14,187 nt of DNA from Candidatus Iainarchaeum sp. (lineage in GTDB: Archaea; Iainarchaeota; Iainarchaeia; Iainarchaeales; DTGL01). The DNA is taken from positions 1-14,187 of the forward strand of contig JAVYME010000028.1 of NCBI GenBank assembly GCA_038736825.1, written 5' to 3'. Each line of letters starts with the position of its first letter. The stretch's first letter is position 1. Under the pieces are notes generated by a model that had not been told where the DNA came from, did not search any database, and saw only the letters and a program-made list of their open reading frames with translations. This document shows positions 6,854-13,500 of this stretch, piece after piece. Both the position numbers and the translations under genes were made by a program.

Positions 6854-7075
6854 CTATTTGGAAAGCGCTATTACATTGTTTGAAAACCAGCCAGCAAGTT
6901 CTTCCAAGTCAGTTCCTTTTTCTGGAAAAAATTCAATAAAGGTGAAATGCCCTTTTTTTGATTTTTTGAATTTGATGTTTTTTGGAACAATTTCAAGTGC
7001 TTTTTGCAGGGCTTCTTCAAAATAAATGCCTTCCCTGAATTTCATTCGCACGCTTTTGCGTTTTATTTCAATCAA
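6854..7075 (-). CDS. Small HxsD-like protein (short paralogue of the N-domain of 7079..7567)
   Basis: 73 aa from TTG, or 63 aa from the ATG at complement(7043..7045) (MKFREGIYFEEALQKA...). ...HFTFIEFFPEKGTDLEELAGWFSNNVIAL parallels ...ILVTIKARDKKRGAKALEEIANHFNNELINY of the upstream gene. It lies 3 nt after that gene's stop codon. Confidence 0.5.
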   Translation of the reverse strand: MIEIKRKSVRMKFREGIYFEEALQKALEIVPKNIKFKKSKKGHFTFIEFFPEKGTDLEELAGWFSNNVIALSK

Positions 7076-7078
7076 TGC

Positions 7079-7567
7079 TTACACCTTTGGCTTTTTCAAG
7101 CCCTTGGCTTTTTTTGGAGTCCATGGTTCTGCAATTCCTTCAGGGTCCTTCAAGTAAAGGTCTTCGTCTTCATTTTCAGGCATTCGAATTTTTTTTGCTT
7201 TTTCTTCAAGCACTGGCTCTAAAGGGTTTTCTATTGTTTGCTCGCTTGAAAGGTTTGTTGCCAGTGCTCGCTGGATTATTGCCTCTCTTATTGCTTGGTT
7301 CCTTGCAGCTTGAACTGCATAAACGGAATAATTGATTAATTCGTTGTTGAAATGGTTTGCTATTTCCTCCAACGCCTTTGCTCCTCGTTTTTTGTCTCGC
7401 GCTTTTATTGTCACCAAGATTTCTTTTGCAGGATCTCCGTCCAAGAAAAAATAGGCTTTGTCAAGCAAGACATATGCTGCAGAATAAACAACTTCAAGCG
7501 TGAACACTTTTGGGTTCACTGAAACAATTGCTTTGCCATGTTTTGGAAAGAGCTTAACGTGCTCCAT
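7079..7567 (-). CDS. HxsD-like small protein with an acidic/basic C-terminal tail
   Basis: 162 aa with an ATG start. The pattern VFTLEVVYSAAYVLLDKAYFFLDGD...ILVTIKARD...FNNELINYSVYAVQAARNQAIREAIIQRAL resembles, from memory, the LLNDYxLRE-type signature of the His-Xaa-Ser system protein HxsD. Not verified by HMM search. Confidence 0.5.
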   Translation of the reverse strand: MEHVKLFPKHGKAIVSVNPKVFTLEVVYSAAYVLLDKAYFFLDGDPAKEILVTIKARDKKRGAKALEEIANHFNNELINYSVYAVQAARNQAIREAIIQRALATNLSSEQTIENPLEPVLEEKAKKIRMPENEDEDLYLKDPEGIAEPWTPKKAKGLKKPKV

Positions 7568-7623
7568 AAATAAAATATCTACAATAAAGAATAAAAGCGT
7601 TTTTCGTACAATTTTGCGAAAAA

Positions 7624-8488
7624 TTATTCAAATCTGAGGATTTTGGCCGGTTTTTTTATTTCTAGTATTTTTTTATCGCTTTTGAATACTTGGAATCTTA
7701 TATCATCCGTAATAACCTTATCGCCTATTTTTATTTTTTCAAGCACTTTTTTTGGGGTTCTGGTGGGAAACTCAAGAACTGAATCGTATGTGGCTTCGTT
7801 TTCAATTTGATCTTTGCGACTTTCATTAAGAATCACAAAGTCGAGTTGGTTGAAGAAAACAAATGTTTTTTTTAAAGTGTTCTCTATTTCTTTAGCGAAC
7901 TCCGGCATTTCATTTTGCAAAACGTTTAGTTTTTTTCCTGATTTTTATGCTTTCTTTACAGTTAAATGAGCATGGAAAGTGAAAGATAAGAAACATTGCT
8001 TTTTTCCAAATTTCAAAAAATCGTTCTTTATCCCAGCCAGAGCCAATGTTTTTTGAAATCGCTGAGGCTAAGATGTTGGTTTAAAAAGGAAATGGTTTTT
8101 CAGAATTTTCAGCGATTGACCATTCGATTGCTTTGCCCTCTTTGCCAGCCAGGGCGTGCTTTTTTATGCTGCGCACGCAGCATTCAGGGTAACCAAAAAG
8201 TCGGCCGATGTGTTCTCGGTTTTCTGTTTGCTCAGCCAAAACCATTTCTTTAAGTAGGGCAGTGTCTTTTGAGATGTAGAGCACTTTGTTTTTTCCAAGC
8301 CCATGATAGTTTTGGAAATAGTGGATTTTGGCATAAATGTTTTGTCTTGCACATTCTTCGAGGAAGAGATCAATTTGGGTTTGATGTTGAGAACTAAGTA
8401 TAACTCTTGAAATTGGCTTGATATCATACTTTATTCCAAAAAACTCTAAAGGAGTAAATCCGATATTTAATATTCTGGACTCAACCAT
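7624..8488 (-). pseudogene. Disrupted G[YF]PECC family paralogue (in-frame TAA plus 1-nt frameshift)
   Basis: Track ORFs 8081..8488 (N-terminal part, ...GRLFGYPECCVRSIKK...) and 7624..7920 (C-terminal part) align collinearly with the N- and C-terminal parts of the intact 297-aa paralogue. After the TAA at 8081..8083 the same frame continues TNILASAISKNIGSGWDKERFFEIWKKAMFLIFHFPCSFNCKESIKIRKKTKRFAK* (stop at 7910..7912). Removing one base of the T7 run at 7930..7936 restores ...RKKLNVLQNEMPEFAKEIENTLKK, which matches ...GKKYKRVLEKEAPLLAEQAKNALKK. The repaired length of ~287 aa compares with 284 aa for the intact copy. Confidence 0.75.
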
Positions 8489-8539
8489 TCTTCCAAAACT
8501 CCAATATTTTACTCAACACGGGGCGTTTATATTTTTTTT

Positions 8540-9448
8540 TCACCTTTCTTTCATCATTTTTTTGATCTCTTTAACCATTTTTTTAATATCTTTAGCTTGT
8601 TTTTTTCCAGCACTAGCAAGCGATAAAAACTGGCAAAATTTGAACAAAAGATAGGTTTTTTTTTCAAAAGCGTAATTTTCTCCAATTTTGCCCCCCATTT
8701 CAGCATAAGTTTTCAAAAAATGTTTTGAAAGGTCTGGTTTTACTGCTTTCAATGCGTTTTCAGTGATTGCAACATCAAAAAGGCAGTGACCCAAAAAGGC
8801 GTTTTTCCAGTCAATAACTGCATTGATTTTTCTGGATTTGTTGACTAAAATATTTTCAAGCCACAAGTCTCCATGACAAATGCAAGGATTAACCTTTTCA
8901 GGCAATGGGGTGTTATAAACAAAGAAAAGGATTTTTTTCGCAAAACTTTCTTTCACAATTCCATTTTTCACTGCAATTTGAAGATTTATTTCAATGTTTT
9001 TTCTGACAAACGAACCCCAGCTTTGAGTTCTGTCTTTCCATTCCAAATCTGTTTTTTTGGCTTTGTAGTTGGGCTTTACAGAGTGAAGTTTTGCAAGAAT
9101 TTCAGCAATTTGTTCAATCAAAAATATTCTTTCGGGTTCGCTCATTTTGGCCCATTGCGCTGTAACAGGTGTTCCTTCAACGAATTCAAATTCCAGCAAG
9201 CAAAAATCCGGGGATTTTTTTAAAGAAAAGATTTTTGGCACTGGAAGGTGGTTCTCGAATGCAAATTGCTGGAATGCTTTAGCGCGCAACACTTTTTTTT
9301 TGTCAAACCAAATCCAGCAAACCCTTTTTTTTCCATTTGGCAAAAACACTTTAAACATTGAATTGCTTTTTTTAAGTGGAAAAACTCGGCTTTTTTTTCC
9401 AAAGGCTTTTTTTGCAAAAACAATTTTGCTTTCCAAAGAGTTCATCAT
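8540..9448 (-). CDS. Aminoglycoside-phosphotransferase / choline-kinase fold (protein-kinase-like) phosphotransferase
   Basis: 302 aa with an ATG start. Catalytic-loop signature CHGDLWLENILV and the downstream VIDWKNAFLGHCLFDVA (the HGDLxxxN ... iDWe...D pattern of the APH family). The substrate is not inferable from sequence. Confidence 0.8.
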   Translation of the reverse strand: MMNSLESKIVFAKKAFGKKSRVFPLKKSNSMFKVFLPNGKKRVCWIWFDKKKVLRAKAFQQFAFENHLPVPKIFSLKKSPDFCLLEFEFVEGTPVTAQWAKMSEPERIFLIEQIAEILAKLHSVKPNYKAKKTDLEWKDRTQSWGSFVRKNIEINLQIAVKNGIVKESFAKKILFFVYNTPLPEKVNPCICHGDLWLENILVNKSRKINAVIDWKNAFLGHCLFDVAITENALKAVKPDLSKHFLKTYAEMGGKIGENYAFEKKTYLLFKFCQFLSLASAGKKQAKDIKKMVKEIKKMMKER

Positions 9449-9468
9449 TCAAACCACAAAATTTTTGC

Positions 9469-10362
9469 TTATTTTTTTAATTCCAAAATTTTTTGCCTGT
9501 TTTTAAAGACAGCGAGTGCTCCATTTTCCGCTTTAATGCGATTGCCTTGCCTGATTTTTTCCAAAATTTTTTTCGAAGTCGTAGTGGGGAATTCAAAAAC
9601 CGATTCATAGAATGCCTCGTTTTCGCTTTTGCCTTCAATGGCATCATTTAATAGAACAAAATTGAAACTTCCAAAATAAACCATTGTTTTCTTTAAAGCG
9701 TTTTTCGCTTGCTCTGCCAACAAAGGCGCCTCTTTTTCCAAAACTCTTTTGTATTTTTTTCCCATTTCAATGCTTTTATTGCAGTTAAAAGAACACGGAA
9801 TATGGTAAATGAAATAAAAGCTTTTGTTTCGTGCCTCTTTCAGGCAATTGCATTCAAGAGCATTTTTTGGCTTGAAATCCGAGGCAGTGTAAAGAACGAA
9901 ATTGTTGTAAAAAGACAAAGGCTTTTTGGAATTTTTTAATACTTCAAATGCAATATTTGACCGGTTTTCCGCCTTTCCGAAAAAAAACTCAATACAGCAT
10001 TCTGGAAAGCCAAAAATCCGCCCAATTTTTTTCACATCACGCGCTTTTTCCGCTTCAATTAATTCTTCAATGGTTTTCATGCGTTTGCAAACATAAAGCA
10101 TTGTGGTGTCGGGCCAAGCCCCCGCAAAATTTTCAAAATATTCCAGTTGCCATTGCAAGCCAAGCCTTTCACATTTTTCCCTGAACTTTTTAAACCGCGT
10201 TCCAAAAGATGCTTCTTTTGGATTAACACTCATTCTAGAAATAGGCTTAACTCCATGCACTAATCCCAAAATTTCCAGTGGCGAAAAACCCATTTCGTCA
10301 CGCCAAGAGAAACAGTTTGCCATAACCGAAAACTCTATCAAACCAATTAAAAAAATAACCAA
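9469..10362 (-). CDS. G[YF]PECC / H-x-PC-x3-C family protein, intact paralogue 2
   Basis: The 297-aa track ORF starts at TTG. The ATG at complement(10321..10323) (MANCFSWRDEMGFSPLEILGLVHGVKPISR, 284 aa) aligns with the start of the pseudogene copy. Motifs: GRIFGFPECCIEFFFGK and YHIPCSFNCNKSIEMGKKY. Confidence 0.8.
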   Translation of the reverse strand: MVIFLIGLIEFSVMANCFSWRDEMGFSPLEILGLVHGVKPISRMSVNPKEASFGTRFKKFREKCERLGLQWQLEYFENFAGAWPDTTMLYVCKRMKTIEELIEAEKARDVKKIGRIFGFPECCIEFFFGKAENRSNIAFEVLKNSKKPLSFYNNFVLYTASDFKPKNALECNCLKEARNKSFYFIYHIPCSFNCNKSIEMGKKYKRVLEKEAPLLAEQAKNALKKTMVYFGSFNFVLLNDAIEGKSENEAFYESVFEFPTTTSKKILEKIRQGNRIKAENGALAVFKNRQKILELKK

Positions 10363-10484
10363 AAGCCTTTTTTTGCAAAAACCAAAAGTGTTTTTTTGCC
10401 AAGCAAACCTTTAAATTAAAAGAATATATTAATAGATACGAGAATTTAACTTGGCATCTCTTAAAGGTTCCCAAGGGAGAAAAA
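10363..10484. promoter_or_regulatory. Divergent intergenic region with an AT-rich TATA-like block and an SD-like GGGAGA before the large surface-protein gene
   Basis: AT-rich block tttaaattaaaagaatatattaatag at ~10409..10436. GGGAGA at 10475..10480 lies 4 nt before the ATG at 10485. Confidence 0.35.
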
Positions 10485-10568
10485 ATGAAACAACAAAATA
10501 GGCAGCACCCTTCAAGGATTTTGTTGTTTATCGCTTTAGCCTTGCTTGCGCCATTTTATTCCTTTGCC
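10485..10568 (+). other. Predicted Sec signal peptide of the large surface protein
   Basis: n-region KQQNRQHPSR, h-region ILLFIALALLAPF, c-region YSFA, with likely cleavage before QTCTG. Confidence 0.6.
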
Positions 10569-13500
10569 CAAACTTGCACTGGCGGTCTTTCTGGGAGCAA
10601 CCTACAAAACTGCACTGGAACAGACTATTCTCCTTGCCATAAATGTGATGTTAACGACATGCAGTTCGAAATAAGGGCACCAGATGGCGTGACAACTAGT
10701 GGTTGGCAGACAATGACTTATTCTACAGGTTCGGGCACATGCTCTGCAGGTTGCGCTGACGAAACTTGGACCAAAAGCTATGGTTATACTTTTTGCCCAC
10801 AAGAAGGCACTTATTCAGCTAGAATAAAAGCTGGCGCTCAAAACAGTTCATCTTATGGTTGGGAGACAAGCGATTGGAACACTTCTTTTTACACTGTAAA
10901 CTGGGATTCTTCTCAAGGTTGGTGCACTTGCAAAACTGGGAGCAGTGCAAACTGGTTTGCAACAGTTTCAGGTGGCAGCAACGGCCAGTGCTGTGGGGAT
11001 GACGGCGCAAACGACAATTTCTATTACCATAGTGCAGAGCCCTCCACTGCAACCTCTCTGGATTGCACTCGTTGCTTGAATGGAACAAAATATGGTCCAA
11101 TAACATTGTATGGCAATGGTTATTTGTCTGGTTCTGGTACCTCTCGAACTTGTTATTATGGAGACATTAATTGCACTGCCGGTTCTGCTGAAAGTGGCAC
11201 TAGCACAATAGTGTATGGCTATGGCCATTGGTCCGGTTCTAGTCCAATAACTGATACAAGCGGGGTTTGCTATTATGGAACGCCTTCTTGTGGGGATGGA
11301 TACTATTCACATGGTTCCTTTGGCACTTATTATGGCAATGGTTATACAAATGGCAATCCTACAACGGATACAAGCAGTCTCTGTTATTATGGGGATATTT
11401 CTTGTTCTAATGGTTTTGCTTCCAATGGTGCCTCAACAACAGTTTATGGCAACGGTTTTGTCTCAGGCACAACATGCTATTATGGCAACTGGGTTTGTGC
11501 AAATGATACTGCAAGCAATGGGGCTAGTTGCACTCTTGCATGTGGTGGTCTTGGCACAAGTTGTTGTCCAACTCAAAACATTTTCCGCAACACAATAACT
11601 TGCTCTGAAAGCGGTTGTGGTTATAGTGATCATGATAGGGATTCTGGAGAAAGCTATTGCATTTCCAACGCGGGTGGTTGCATGGCATTTGTTTGGGATT
11701 CGTTGGGCAACAAGTGCTGTGGTGATGATGGTGCAGGCGACAACTTTTGCACTTTGGGTGGTGGTTCCTGCATAAATGGTTCTTGGAATGCAAACCATTG
11801 TTTTGACGGCATAAAAAATTGTGATGAAACTGCAGTTGACTGCGGTGGAAGCGATTGCTCGGCATGCGTGTCAGATAACAATCCGCCAACAACAACACAT
11901 GATGCCAACCAGGAATGGCAGACAACAAATCAAACTATTACTTTGATGTGCAGTGACGGTTCAGAGGTTGGATCCACAGGTTGTGCTCACACTTATTATT
12001 GCATTGATGATTCTAACACTTGCAATCCCACAATTGAAGGAACCACAATTCAAGTAAGTTGTATTGTTGGCGATGTTAACCGTGTTTTTGTGAGGTTTTA
12101 TTCTATTGACAATGCTAACAATGCAGAGCAAGTAAAAAGTGTTTTTATTAGAATTGACAAGCAAAACCCTGTCACAACTGCAATTGCTCCAACTGATTGG
12201 CAGGATGCAAATACAGCAATAACCCTTTCATGTTCTGATGGCGCTGGGGCTGGTTGTTTTGCTGTCTATTTCCGTGTTGATTCTAATCCGTCAAAAAATG
12301 TTTCTTTTGGTTCTTGGACCAGCTATGAGGCTCCAATAATTTTTTCATCTGATGGAAACTATTTGATAGAGTTTTATTCAAAAGATAATGTGTTTAACAC
12401 TGAAACAACCAATGTGGCGCTTGTTTTAATCGATAAACGCTTTGCTTCTCTGGGTAATGAAAGCCTTTATTCTAGTTATACAGATTATAATGGCGTCATA
12501 GTTGTTCCAATTACAGTGGATGGCAACTACCGAATTGACTATAATTCAACTGATATTATTGGCAACATTGAACAGATTCGCACTGGTTGGGCAGCATTGG
12601 ATAAAACACCGCCTTCAACAACAAATGACTTGAACACTGCTTGGCAGAGACAGAATTTTTCAATAACGCTTTCATGCAGTGATGCAACGTCGGGTTGTGC
12701 TCTCACGCGCTATAGAATTGATTTGGATGACAGCGAAAATATTTCAATGGGTGCTTGGCAAAATTACTCTTCACCCATAAACATTTCCTCAGATGGGAAC
12801 TGGGCAATTGACTATAATTCAATGGATGTTGCAGGCATGCGCGAAAGCATTCGCACGATTTATGCCCTTCTTGACAAAACCGCTCCAATAGTAAGTCATG
12901 ATGCAAACACGGCTTGGGTGAACGAAGATCAGGTAGTGCATTTAACTTCAGTTGATACAACATCTGGCATAAATGCAACTTATTATTGTGTTTCTGATGC
13001 AAACAATTGTATTCCCTCTACTAGTGGCAATATGGTGAATGTTACTTGTACTGCCAATTCAATATGTCACAACTATGTGAGATATTATGCTATTGATAAT
13101 GCAGGCAATCAAAGCAATGTTAGCGCCACAAGCGTTATCAGAATAGATAAAGAAAATCCTCTTACAACAACTGATGCTAATACTCTTTGCCAGAAAACAG
13201 ACCAAAACATCGTGATTTCTTCAAGTGATGGTTCTGGTTCTGGAATTGCTGGCACTTATTATTGTGTTGATGACTCTAATTCTTGCACTCCAAGCACGAG
13301 CGGCACTATAGTGACTGTTTCTTGTGCGACTGGTTCAACTTGTCAAAAGTTTGTTCGGTATCGCTCTCAAGACATTGCTGGCAATACTGAAAGCATTCGC
13401 TCTATTTTGTTAACAATTGACAAGCAGGCGCCTACAACAACAGATGATGCAAACAGTCAATGGCAGAGTGCAAACCAAAGCATTACTTTGACTCCTACTG

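Noticed and set aside
8081-8083. In-frame TAA as evidence of stop-codon reassignment
   Set aside because: TAA is used as the terminal stop by many well-delimited genes in this window (for example 3238, 3626, 4487, 6849, 9469). The same locus also carries a frameshift, so pseudogenisation or sequencing error is the simpler explanation.
5936-10414. Nested or antisense ORFs 5936..6118, 6316..6522, 6344..6532, 7004..7222, 7075..7335, 7996..8253, 8164..8427, 8418..8654, 8873..9223, 9147..9506, 9220..9423, 9709..9939, 9948..10184, 10103..10414
   Set aside because: Each overlaps a longer ORF with paralogue or motif support (GYPECC family, kinase, HxsD-like). Their translations are Phe/Leu/Lys-rich noise.
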